In this document: positions 1-8,318 of the stretch, in pieces
How positions within the stretch are numbered: the first letter of the stretch is position 1
Layout: each line of letters begins with the position of its first letter
NCBI GenBank assembly: GCA_964585945.1
Contig: CAZPGB010000006.1
Coordinates: 7,724 to 71,723, forward strand
Reading direction: 5' to 3'
DNA from: an uncultured bacterium
Lineage (GTDB): Bacteria > Eisenbacteria > RBG-16-71-46 > CAIMUX01 > WJJG01
DNA length: 64,000 nt
Translations under genes and position numbers: made by a program
The notes under the pieces: model-generated
Told to the model about the DNA's origin: nothing
Databases searched by the model: none
The model's input: only the letters and a program-made list of their open reading frames with translations

Positions 1-76
1 CGACGCTTGGCAGGGCGCATCCGGCGCTCCAACGACCACCCGCGGCACCCCACGTTGCCACGTCAGGGAGGGAAGC

Positions 77-1168
77 ATGAAGAACGCGCACGCAACACTC
101 GCCGCGCCGCGCGGCAGCGCCGGCCTCGGCATGCTGCTGGCGGCCACGCTCTGTTTCTTGGCCCCGAGCTGTAGCGAATCGGAGCCATCCGACGTCGAAA
201 GCGTCAGCGCCCCCGAGCTGGCGCAGCCTGCGCTGGACGCGCAGGATCTGGTCCCCTCGTTGGAGGACCTGGAGCAGACTCTCTCGCTCGACGAAGCCCA
301 GCTCGAGGCGGTGCGCACCGCGCTGGCCAAGCTCCGCCTGGCGCTGGCCGACCGGCTGCGCCAGCGGTCCGAGCCGGAAGGATCCGGATACGGACCGCGA
401 GCCGGCTCCGACGCGGGCGAGGAACTGAGTCCGCAAATGGACTTCATTCTGGAGTGCGCCGAGTCGTTGGACCACGATCAGCTCATCGCCTTGCTTGGCG
501 TCCTGGCCGAACGGGCCGAGCGGCCCTTGCGCGCCGATCACCGCGAGCGGCGGCGCCGGGGGCCGGATGCCGAGGGCGATCCGATCGCGGCCCGCCTGGA
601 GGCGTGGAGCCAGGATCTGAACCTGACCCCGGAGCAGCTCGAGCAGCTCCGCGCGATCTTCGCGGCGCACCGCGAAGCCCTGCAGGACGCGAGGACCGCC
701 CGGCGGGAAGGGGGCGGCGATGGCGATCTGCGCGAGCGGATGAGGGCCCTGCGCGAGCGGATCCATGATGAGATCGCAGGCGTCCTCACCCCTGAGCAGC
801 TTCAGACCCTCGAGGAGGCCCGCGCGGCGCGCCACGCACAGGGGCAGGAAGAACGCGCGGCCCAGCAGGAAGCGCGGCTTGACCGTCACCTCGAGTTCCT
901 GACCGCGCTGCTCGAGCTGAGCGCGCAACAGACCGCCGGCGTTCGCGAGATCGTCAGCGAGGCCCGGGCGCAGGTGGAGCACGTCCAGGCGATGCTCCGT
1001 GACGGGAGCCTCGGCCGTAGGGACGCCCGCGAGCGCATCGAGGAGGTTCACGCGTCAGCGCGCGAGGCGATCCGGAACCTGCTGGATCCGGAGCAACAGG
1101 AGATCTTCGCAGCCCTCGAGGAGCTGCGCGGCCGGCGTCATCCCCCCGGCCTCCATGGTTGGCGCTAG
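77..1168 (+). CDS. LTXXQ-motif periplasmic protein (Spy/CpxP/ZraP-like), probable lipoprotein
   Basis: Signal peptide with Cys (LAPSC). Repeated LTPEQLEQL / LTPEQLQTL motifs typical of the LTXXQ (CpxP/Spy) family. Charged coiled-coil-like composition. RBS AGGGAGGGAAGC before the ATG at 77. Confidence 0.6.
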   Translation: MKNAHATLAAPRGSAGLGMLLAATLCFLAPSCSESEPSDVESVSAPELAQPALDAQDLVPSLEDLEQTLSLDEAQLEAVRTALAKLRLALADRLRQRSEPEGSGYGPRAGSDAGEELSPQMDFILECAESLDHDQLIALLGVLAERAERPLRADHRERRRRGPDAEGDPIAARLEAWSQDLNLTPEQLEQLRAIFAAHREALQDARTARREGGGDGDLRERMRALRERIHDEIAGVLTPEQLQTLEEARAARHAQGQEERAAQQEARLDRHLEFLTALLELSAQQTAGVREIVSEARAQVEHVQAMLRDGSLGRRDARERIEEVHASAREAIRNLLDPEQQEIFAALEELRGRRHPPGLHGWR

Positions 1169-1351
1169 GGCTCGAACGCGCCCTTCACGGGGGTCCGGCG
1201 CATGAATCCCCACGTGTGCCGTGCCGGGCCCCCGCCAACCCGGTCTCATCGTACCAGCCGGCAGCGCCCCCCCACGCGGCCGCCTAGAACCACCACCCAC
1301 ACCGCCTCGCGAGACGAGCGATGGACCCTGAAACGGGAAGGAGATCCAACC

Positions 1352-2224
1352 ATGACCCATGATGTGTTGGGCCGGTTGCGACGGCCGTGGGTGTGGGCGG
1401 TGGCGGCGGCCGCCGCCCTGGGATTGCAGGGGTGTTCCCGGCAGACGCTGTCGAGCTCCTGGCTGGACCGTGAAATCGCCATCGACGGCCGCGTGCAGGA
1501 CTGGGGCGACGCCCGAGCGCCCATGGAGCGCGAGGACCTGATCTGGGGTGTGCGCAACGACGCCGACCATCTCTATTTGACGCTCACCCCCCGGACGCGC
1601 TCGCTGCAGCGGCAGATGATGTTCCTGGGATTCACGATCTGGTTCGATCCCGCGGGCGGCAAGGAGAAGACGCTTGGGGTGCGCTGTCCCCTGGGAATGA
1701 TGGGCTTCGATCCACCGCCCCTGAGCGCGGCCGACGATTGGGACACGTCGATCGCGAAGGAGCGGTTCCGTGGGACGCTGCATGAGATCGAGCTGCTGAA
1801 GGACGGCGGGGCCGAGGCCCGTCGTCTGAGACGGACCGATGCCGAAGGACTGCGGGTGCACGTCGACCTGGTAGGCGATGTGCTGGTCTACGAGCTCTGC
1901 GTTGCGCTCCACGCTCCGGGGGCGCCGCTGGATCTTGGGCTGGCACCCGGGGCGCTGGTGGGTGTGGGCTTCGAGACGCCGGCGCTCGATCGCCGGGCGC
2001 TCATGGAGGCGATGCGCGAGGGCGCCCGGCCGCCCGCCGGCAGCCGTGGCCGTCCGCCGGCGGGAGGGGCGATGCGAGGCGGCGACCGGGGTGGGTCCGG
2101 GCCGAGTGGGGGTGGGCCGGGTGTGCCCGAACGGCTGGATGCCTGGGTGGCACTGCGCCTGGCCGCGGCCCCGCCGAGCACCGATCCCCCGGCACCGCAG
2201 GCACGGACAGGAACCGAGAGCTAA
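1352..2224 (+). CDS. hypothetical lipoprotein
   Basis: ATG at 1352 preceded by GGAAGGAG. Signal peptide ending in the lipobox LQGC. Gly/Arg-rich low-complexity C-terminus. The longer ORF from 1202 has an implausible Pro/Arg-rich N-terminal extension. Confidence 0.5.
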   Translation: MTHDVLGRLRRPWVWAVAAAAALGLQGCSRQTLSSSWLDREIAIDGRVQDWGDARAPMEREDLIWGVRNDADHLYLTLTPRTRSLQRQMMFLGFTIWFDPAGGKEKTLGVRCPLGMMGFDPPPLSAADDWDTSIAKERFRGTLHEIELLKDGGAEARRLRRTDAEGLRVHVDLVGDVLVYELCVALHAPGAPLDLGLAPGALVGVGFETPALDRRALMEAMREGARPPAGSRGRPPAGGAMRGGDRGGSGPSGGGPGVPERLDAWVALRLAAAPPSTDPPAPQARTGTES

Positions 2225-2463
2225 CCTTCCTATCACAATACAGATCAACCTATTAGCGCCTATCCTTCGTTCAGTTTCCAGGTTTGGCCCCATCCGGGTG
2301 GCCGGACGGGGCCGGCCCGCATGCGTCCGCTGCCGCCGAATTCAGGCTGGTTGAAACCTGCCGGGTGTATTATTCGTCCTATACACCTATCGCGCCGCTG
2401 CGAAACGGTCCGCCGGCGCGGGGGAATCGGGCCGGAGGACCATGTCAGGTGGGAAGGAGCGCC

Positions 2464-3375
2464 ATGCACACCGTGGAACTGGAACACATCACCAAGACCT
2501 TCGGGCGACACGTCGCTGTCGATGATCTATCGCTCGACGTGCCCGCAGGCAGCGTCTACGGGTTCATCGGGCCCAACGGCTCGGGCAAGACCACGACGCT
2601 GCGGATGATCATGAGCATCATCTACCCCGACCGCGGGCGGATTCGGGTCTTCGGGGAGACCGATCTGCAGGCCTGCAACGACCAAATCGGCTACCTGCCC
2701 GAAGAGCGGGGGCTCTATCGGAAGATGAAGGTGCGCGACGTGCTGCGCTTCTACGGCGAGCTCAAGAGCGGACACCGCGTCGACGAGGAGGTGGATCACT
2801 GGCTGGAGAGGCTCGATCTGAGCGACTGGGCGCAGCGGAAGGTGGAGGCCCTGAGCAAGGGCATGAGCCAAAAGGTCCAGTTCATCGCGACTATCTGCAC
2901 CCGGCCGCGGCTGCTGATTCTGGATGAGCCCTTCAGCGGCCTCGATCCCGTCAACGCCGATGTGCTGCGGGCGGCGGTGCTCGAGGTGCGCTCCCAGGGC
3001 ACGACCGTCATCTTCAGCACGCACGACATGGGCGTGGCCGAGAAGATGTGCGATTCGATCTTCATGATCTTCCGCGGGCGCAAGGTTCTCGACGGGCCCC
3101 TGGCCGCCATCCAGGACCGTTGCGGCAACGACACGCTGCGCATTCGCTGTGACAACGGGCGCGCGGCCCTGAGCGAGCTGGCCGGCGTCGAAGCGATCAA
3201 CGACTTCGGCCGGGTGCAGGAGCTGCGCATGGCGCGCGGGACCGATCCCCAGGCGCTGGTGCAGACGGTAATGGCGCGCACCCGCGTGCACAGCTTCGAA
3301 GTGGCCAAGCCCTCGCTGCATGACATCTTTGTGCGCATCGCAGGCCCGGAGGCGAAGGAGGCGACCCATGCGTAA
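2464..3375 (+). CDS. ABC transporter ATP-binding protein (ABC-2 exporter type)
   Basis: Walker A GPNGSGKTT, ABC signature LSKGMSQKV, Walker B LLILDEP. ATG at 2464 follows the RBS GGGAAGGAG. The ORF 5-prime extension from 2284 was rejected. Confidence 0.85.
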   Translation: MHTVELEHITKTFGRHVAVDDLSLDVPAGSVYGFIGPNGSGKTTTLRMIMSIIYPDRGRIRVFGETDLQACNDQIGYLPEERGLYRKMKVRDVLRFYGELKSGHRVDEEVDHWLERLDLSDWAQRKVEALSKGMSQKVQFIATICTRPRLLILDEPFSGLDPVNADVLRAAVLEVRSQGTTVIFSTHDMGVAEKMCDSIFMIFRGRKVLDGPLAAIQDRCGNDTLRIRCDNGRAALSELAGVEAINDFGRVQELRMARGTDPQALVQTVMARTRVHSFEVAKPSLHDIFVRIAGPEAKEATHA

Positions 3376-4678
3376 GACGCTGCGACTGGCCCGCCGCGAG
3401 TACCTGGCGGCCGTGCGAACGAAGGGCTTCCTGATCGCGATCCTGGTGATGCCGCTCTTGATGGGGGGCAGCGCCCTGGGAATGCTGCTGCTGAAGGACC
3501 AGGTCGACACAACCGACAAGCGCGTGGCGGTCATCGACCGCTCGGGAGCCGTGGGCGAGGTTCTCCGCGTTGCGGCCGAGGCGCGCAACGAGTCGGAGGT
3601 CTTCGACGACGAATCGGGCGAGAAGGTTAAGCCGGCCTACGTGATCGATCTGGTGGCCCCCGAGGACGACGCCGGGGCCCAGCGCCTGGCATTGTCCGAT
3701 CGGGTGCGTCGCGGCGAGCTGCACGCGTTTCTCGACATCGGTCCCGACGTCCTGGAGCCGGGCGGGGACCCGGAGCGCGCCCGGATCGCCTACTACGGCA
3801 AGAACGCCGCCATGGATGATCTGCGCACCTGGATGGGTTATCCGATCAACCAGCATCTGCGCCGGTCCCGTCTGGCGGAGGCCGGGGTCGATGAGGCCGC
3901 CATGGAAGCGCTTTTCCGGTGGATCCCCGTCGAGGGGCTGGGGCTGGTCTCGCTGGACGCCTCGGGTCAGGTCAAGGAGGCCCGGCGCAGCAGCGAGGCC
4001 GAGGCGATCCTGGTGCCGTTCGGTTTGGCGATGCTCATGTTCATGATGGTGATGATGGGAGCGATGCCTCAGCTCCAGTCGGTCATGGAGGAGAAGTCGC
4101 AGCGTATCGCCGAGGTCCTGCTCGGGTCGATCAAGCCCTTCGAGTTCATGATGGGCAAGATTCTCGGCGGTCTGGGTGTCACGATCACCGCTTCTTCGGT
4201 CTACGTGGTGGGCGGCGTCCTTGCCGCACGCCACTACGGGGTGAGCGAGTACGTGCCCTATCACATCCTGCCCTGGTTCTTCGCCTACATGCTGCTGGCG
4301 ATCATGATGCTGGGCGCATTCCTCGCGGGCCTGGGCGCGGCCTGCAACGACGCCAAGGAGGCCCAGGGCGTGACGCTGCCGGCCATGATGCCGGTCATGA
4401 TCCCGATGTTCGTCGCCATGCCGGTGCTGCGCGAGCCGCACAGCGCGTTCGCCACCGTCATGTCGCTGGTGCCGCCGTTCACGCCCATGCTGATGCTGCT
4501 GCGGCAGAGCGCGCCGGGAGGCGTGCCCGGCTGGCAGCCCTGGGTGGGCGTCGTGGGCGTGCTGCTGCTGACCCTGTTGACCGTATGGGCCGGCGGTCGC
4601 ATCTTCCGCGTCGGGATCCTCATGCAGGGGACGCCGCCCAAGCTGGGCAACCTCGTGCGCTGGGCGGTGAGGGGCTAG
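3368..4678 (+). CDS. ABC-2 family transporter permease
   Basis: Start ATG at 3368 overlaps the ATPase stop (ATGCGTAA). N-terminal TM segment, a large loop, then about 5 C-terminal TM helices typical of ABC-2 / NatB-like permeases. Confidence 0.8.
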   Translation: MRKTLRLARREYLAAVRTKGFLIAILVMPLLMGGSALGMLLLKDQVDTTDKRVAVIDRSGAVGEVLRVAAEARNESEVFDDESGEKVKPAYVIDLVAPEDDAGAQRLALSDRVRRGELHAFLDIGPDVLEPGGDPERARIAYYGKNAAMDDLRTWMGYPINQHLRRSRLAEAGVDEAAMEALFRWIPVEGLGLVSLDASGQVKEARRSSEAEAILVPFGLAMLMFMMVMMGAMPQLQSVMEEKSQRIAEVLLGSIKPFEFMMGKILGGLGVTITASSVYVVGGVLAARHYGVSEYVPYHILPWFFAYMLLAIMMLGAFLAGLGAACNDAKEAQGVTLPAMMPVMIPMFVAMPVLREPHSAFATVMSLVPPFTPMLMLLRQSAPGGVPGWQPWVGVVGVLLLTLLTVWAGGRIFRVGILMQGTPPKLGNLVRWAVRG

Positions 4679-4764
4679 CTCGGCGGGCTGCACCCGCAAC
4701 GTGGCAAGAACGGTCAAGCACCCTCACGAGCCGCCGGTATAGAGTGGCATCAGGAGGGTGGACC

Positions 4765-5670
4765 ATGAAGGCGATCACGTTCCAGGACTACCAGGCGCGC
4801 ATGCTGCGGGTGCTGGTCCACATTCAAGAGAACCTGGACCGGGACCCCGGTCTGGAGGAGCTCGCGCGGGTGGCCCACTTCTCGCCCTACCACTTCCACC
4901 GCGTGTTCCGCGGGATGGTGGGGGAGTCGGTCAAGGCGCACCTGCGCCGCATTCGCCTGGAACGCGCGGCCCTGCGTCTGAAGCACGGCGCGGGGTCGAT
5001 CACCGATGTCGCGCTGGAGGCCGGTTACGAGACGCACGAGGCCTTCACCCGGGCCTTTCGCGCCTTGATGGGCCAATCGCCCTCCGAGTACCGCGCCCGG
5101 CAACGCGCCGAGCTGCAAGCGGCCGCCCCGAGCGGCGTCCACTACGCACCGGACTGCCGGGTGCTCGCGTTTCAGCCCCTAACCACCGGAGGAGAACCCA
5201 TGGACGTGAACATCGAGACCATGCCGCCGCGCCGCGTGGCCTTCGTGCGCCACATCGGACCCTATGCGCAGTGCGGACCCGCCTGGCGGACCCTGTGCGG
5301 CCGGCTGGGTCCGCTGGGCCGGCTGGGTCCGCAGACCGAGTTCTGGGGCCTGTGCCACGATGACCCCGAAGTGACGTCCCCCGAGCACCTCCGCTACGAC
5401 GCCTGTGTGCCGGTCGACGAGGGCTTCCAGGCCGACGGAGAGGTGGGCGTGCAGGTCGTCGAAGGCGGTGAGTACGCCGTCACCATGCACCGGGGTGCCC
5501 ACGAGAACCTGGGGCAAACCTATGCGCGGCTATGCGGTGAGTGGATTCCGCGCAGCGGACGCGCGGTGCGCGCGGCCCCGAGCATCGAGGTCTACCTGAA
5601 CGATCCTCAGCAGACCCCTCCGGACCAACTGCTGACCCGGATTCACATGCCATTGGAGCCGATGGAGTAG
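4765..5670 (+). CDS. AraC family transcriptional regulator with C-terminal GyrI-like effector-binding domain
   Basis: AraC HTH motifs (HFSPYHFHRVFR, ITDVALEAGYETHEAFTRAFR) followed by a GyrI-like domain (RVAFVRHIGPY...EVYLND). ATG at 4765 after CAGGAGGG. The long upstream part of ORF 3919..5670 is antisense noise. Confidence 0.85.
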   Translation: MKAITFQDYQARMLRVLVHIQENLDRDPGLEELARVAHFSPYHFHRVFRGMVGESVKAHLRRIRLERAALRLKHGAGSITDVALEAGYETHEAFTRAFRALMGQSPSEYRARQRAELQAAAPSGVHYAPDCRVLAFQPLTTGGEPMDVNIETMPPRRVAFVRHIGPYAQCGPAWRTLCGRLGPLGRLGPQTEFWGLCHDDPEVTSPEHLRYDACVPVDEGFQADGEVGVQVVEGGEYAVTMHRGAHENLGQTYARLCGEWIPRSGRAVRAAPSIEVYLNDPQQTPPDQLLTRIHMPLEPME

Positions 5671-5761
5671 ACGCCGAGCCCAGCGGGGGTACGGGACCCG
5701 TCGACCTGGGCTGCACGAGCGGCGCGCCGGCCTCGCTTGCGCGTCGGCGCGCCGGTTGCAG

Positions 5762-6805
5762 CTAGTCGAAGTGGGCGTTGATCAGCGGCGTCCAGCGCAG
5801 CCCGCGGGGATTGTTGCCGGCGTAGTTGAGCAGACCGAGCTGCATGCCGTGCAGCTCGTCGGCGTAGTTGACCAGTCCGATGGTCAGACCGTGAACCTCG
5901 TCGCGGAAACGGGTCACGGCGGCCGCGCCGAAGCCCTCCAGCCGCTCGCCCCACAGGTATCCACCCGCGAGGTGGGCGCCGGTCATCGTCTCGGCTCGGA
6001 TGCCGCCTGCCGTGGCCAGGAGACCCTGAGTCTCGTCGCCGCCCAGCCCCAGCCCGCTCAGGAACAGGCCCTGCAAGCGGTGGCCGCCCGCCCCCAGGCC
6101 GGCCACGAAGATGCCGGTCATGTCGTGGCCGCCCATGCCGAGGCCCGCGGTGAAGATGCCGGTCATGTCGTGGCCGCCCATACCGAGGCCGGCGGTGAAG
6201 ATGCCGGTCATGTCGTGGCCGCCCATACCGAGGCCCGCGGTGAAGATGCCGGTCATGTCGTGGCCGCCCATGCCGAGGCCCGCGGTGAAGATGCCGGTCA
6301 TGTCGTGGCCGCCCATGCCCAAGCCCGCCGCGCAGAGACCCGTGATGTCGCTGCCGCCCACGCCGAGACCGGCCACGAAAGCTCCGTCCATCCGGTTCGC
6401 GCCCATGCCCAGTCCAGCGGCGCCGAGCCCGGTGAAATGCCCGGAGCTGAAGCCAAAGAGGCCCACCGCGACGCCCTCGATGTCCGGCTCGCCTGTCCCG
6501 ACCACCGAGAGGTACGCGCCCGAGATCCGATCGCCGGTGTTGCCGCCCAGGCCGAGCACCAGGCCCTCGTAGACCGCGCCCGGATTGCGGCCCGGCTTCC
6601 AGAGCGTGAGGTTCAGCCCCGAGATCCGCGCCACGCGACGATCGCTCCAGTTGAAGCGCAACCCGGTGAATTCCCTGCTGTTGCCGAAAGAGATGCCGTA
6701 GCTCTCGCTGGGCAGCTCCAGCGTCTGGGCGCTGGCGTGAACCGCCACCAGCGCTGCCAAGCACCCGAACAGGCGCCCGGCCGTCCCTCCGATTCCGCCA
6801 CGCAT
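5762..6805 (-). CDS. secreted glycine-rich tandem-repeat protein (15-residue GHDMTGIFTAGLGMG repeats; C-terminal GLVNYA/GLLNYA motifs)
   Basis: ATG (cat at 6803-6805) with a G-rich RBS. Signal peptide LAALVAVHASAQ. Five near-identical 15-aa repeats. Its C-terminus resembles the repeat region of the caspase-domain protein at 14517..16703. Confidence 0.6.
   Translation of the reverse strand: MRGGIGGTAGRLFGCLAALVAVHASAQTLELPSESYGISFGNSREFTGLRFNWSDRRVARISGLNLTLWKPGRNPGAVYEGLVLGLGGNTGDRISGAYLSVVGTGEPDIEGVAVGLFGFSSGHFTGLGAAGLGMGANRMDGAFVAGLGVGGSDITGLCAAGLGMGGHDMTGIFTAGLGMGGHDMTGIFTAGLGMGGHDMTGIFTAGLGMGGHDMTGIFTAGLGMGGHDMTGIFVAGLGAGGHRLQGLFLSGLGLGGDETQGLLATAGGIRAETMTGAHLAGGYLWGERLEGFGAAAVTRFRDEVHGLTIGLVNYADELHGMQLGLLNYAGNNPRGLRWTPLINAHFD
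6113..6337 (-). repeat. five tandem 45-bp near-perfect direct repeats (gccggtcatgtcgtggccgcccatgccgaggcccgcggtgaagat) inside CDS 5762..6805
   Basis: Read directly from the sequence. Units start at 6113, 6158, 6203, 6248 and 6293, with single-base differences. Degenerate copies extend to both sides. Confidence 0.9.
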
Positions 6806-7043
6806 GGATGTCCCCCCGGAAAGGTGTTGAGTCCGTACGACCGTCCAACGGGTGTAACGCTCCCTGTCGACGTAGACGAATGGGGTCCGGGGAAGGTTGC
6901 CCGCGCTCCCGCGAGACCCGACCCGAATAGGGTGTGCGCCGAACGGTACGTGTGACAGAATGGACGGTCGCGTCGTGAGCCATGCATCGACGCGGGCGTG
7001 ACGCGGACACTGCTGAACGGCGTGGAACCGAAAGGGGGACCAG

Positions 7044-8318
7044 ATGGAGGGCGTGCTGAGGAAGGCGACTCACCGAGCGAGGCCGCTGGCGGCTGTCCTG
7101 GGTCTACTAGGGCTCCTGTGGAGCGCTTCACCCGTCCTGGCCGGGGAAATCGTCATGGTCGATGGCGTCCCCCACGTCCGCAATCCGGCCGAGCCGCCCG
7201 AGGGCGTCGAGACCATGGAGCTCGAGGAACTCTGGCGAGCCGGGGGTGAGTCCGACGAGGAGACGCTCTTCGGGGTCATTGTTCAGGCGGTCTCGGACGA
7301 GGAGGGCAATCTCTATCTGCTCGACATGCAGCTCTCCGAGGTTCACGTCTTCGGTCCCGACGGGGCGAAGAAGGGCACGCTCAGCCGTCAGGGCGAGGGG
7401 CCCGGCGAGGTGCGCAATCCTTCCGACATGTTCTTCATGCCCGACGGCAGCCTCGGTCTGGTCCAGACGTTTCCGGGCAAGGTGATCAAGGTGAACCTCG
7501 ATGGCACACCCGCCGGCACCATCACGATGGGGGGCAACGATCCCACCCAGGGCGGCTTCGTCGCGGTGATCGATGGGCAGTGCCGCGATGGGCACATGGT
7601 CTTCGCCGGCGTCAACATCGTGCCCGGCGAGACGCAGCTTCAGCAGACACGCAAGAGCTTCCTGGCCAGCTTCACTCAAGAAGGCGCCGAGCTGACGCGC
7701 TACTGGGAGCACAGCCAGTTCTTCGACTTCGCCGATCTGCGGACCGACGAGCGCGATCAGTACAACGTCTTCCCCCGGCGCTGGACGTTGGGCGCCGAGG
7801 GCCGGGTCTACGCCGCCACCGAGCGCGACGCTTACAAGATCAGCATCTTCGCCCAGGACGGCACCCTCGAGCGCGTGATCGAGCGGGAATTCGAGAACCG
7901 GAAACGCACCGAGGAGGAGATGGGTACCTACCGGCGGATCGCACAGGCGCAGGTGGCCAATCTTCCGGGAGAGCCCAAGGTCGAGATCGCCGACACGCCC
8001 GAGGCGATCCAGTCGGTCGAGCTCTGGAACAACGGCTCGATCTGGGTCACCAATGCCCGCGGCAACCACGATCAGCCCGAGGGGATCATGGCGACCTACG
8101 ACGTGTTCGACCCCAAGGGCCACTTCGTGAAGCAGGTCGCGGTCGCCTGCGACGCCGACGGAAAGGACGACGCACTGCTGCGGGTCGGCTCCGATCGCAT
8201 GGTTCTGATCACCGGGCTGCTGCCGGCCATCATGTCGATGCAGGGCGGGGGTGCGGCGGCGACCGGCGATGAGGAGCCGGCGCCGATGGAGGTCGTCTGC
8301 TACCGGATCAAGAGCTAG
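7044..8318 (+). CDS. secreted hypothetical protein (possible beta-propeller fold)
   Basis: RBS AAAGGGGGA before the ATG at 7044. Signal peptide [19 protein letters not shown]. Repeated Gly/Asp-rich beta-strand-like segments. No catalytic motif recognised. Confidence 0.55.
   Translation: MEGVLRKATHRARPLAAVLGLLGLLWSASPVLAGEIVMVDGVPHVRNPAEPPEGVETMELEELWRAGGESDEETLFGVIVQAVSDEEGNLYLLDMQLSEVHVFGPDGAKKGTLSRQGEGPGEVRNPSDMFFMPDGSLGLVQTFPGKVIKVNLDGTPAGTITMGGNDPTQGGFVAVIDGQCRDGHMVFAGVNIVPGETQLQQTRKSFLASFTQEGAELTRYWEHSQFFDFADLRTDERDQYNVFPRRWTLGAEGRVYAATERDAYKISIFAQDGTLERVIEREFENRKRTEEEMGTYRRIAQAQVANLPGEPKVEIADTPEAIQSVELWNNGSIWVTNARGNHDQPEGIMATYDVFDPKGHFVKQVAVACDADGKDDALLRVGSDRMVLITGLLPAIMSMQGGGAAATGDEEPAPMEVVCYRIKS

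Noticed and set aside
1631-1660. tRNA-like T-loop sequence GGTTCGATCC
   Set aside because: It lies inside a CDS with no acceptor or anticodon stems. No tRNA or rRNA could be assembled anywhere in the window.
1055-2293. 412-aa minus-strand ORF antisense to the lipoprotein gene 1352..2224
   Set aside because: Arg/Pro/Gly/Ala-rich with no motifs; a typical stop-free antisense frame in 70% GC DNA. It overlaps a sense gene that has an RBS and a signal peptide.
3197-5670. Long ORFs 3197..4717 (-) and the 5-prime 280 codons of 3919..5670 (+)
   Set aside because: They lie antisense to or out of frame with the confidently assigned ABC-2 permease. Their composition is His/Arg/Gly-rich noise. The real AraC-GyrI gene begins at ATG 4765 with an RBS.
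6113-6337. Tandem direct repeats considered as a possible CRISPR array
   Set aside because: The units are contiguous with no spacers and are in-frame and coding (15-aa protein repeats). There are no cas genes. The same holds for the 42-45-bp repeats at 36725-36870.
5643-7131. ORFs 5643..7073 (-), 5756..6955 (+), 6111..6572 (+, MPVMSWPP repeats), 6613..7131 (-)
   Set aside because: These are alternative-frame translations of the 45-bp repeat array. Only the 5762..6805 minus frame has a signal peptide and a coherent start.
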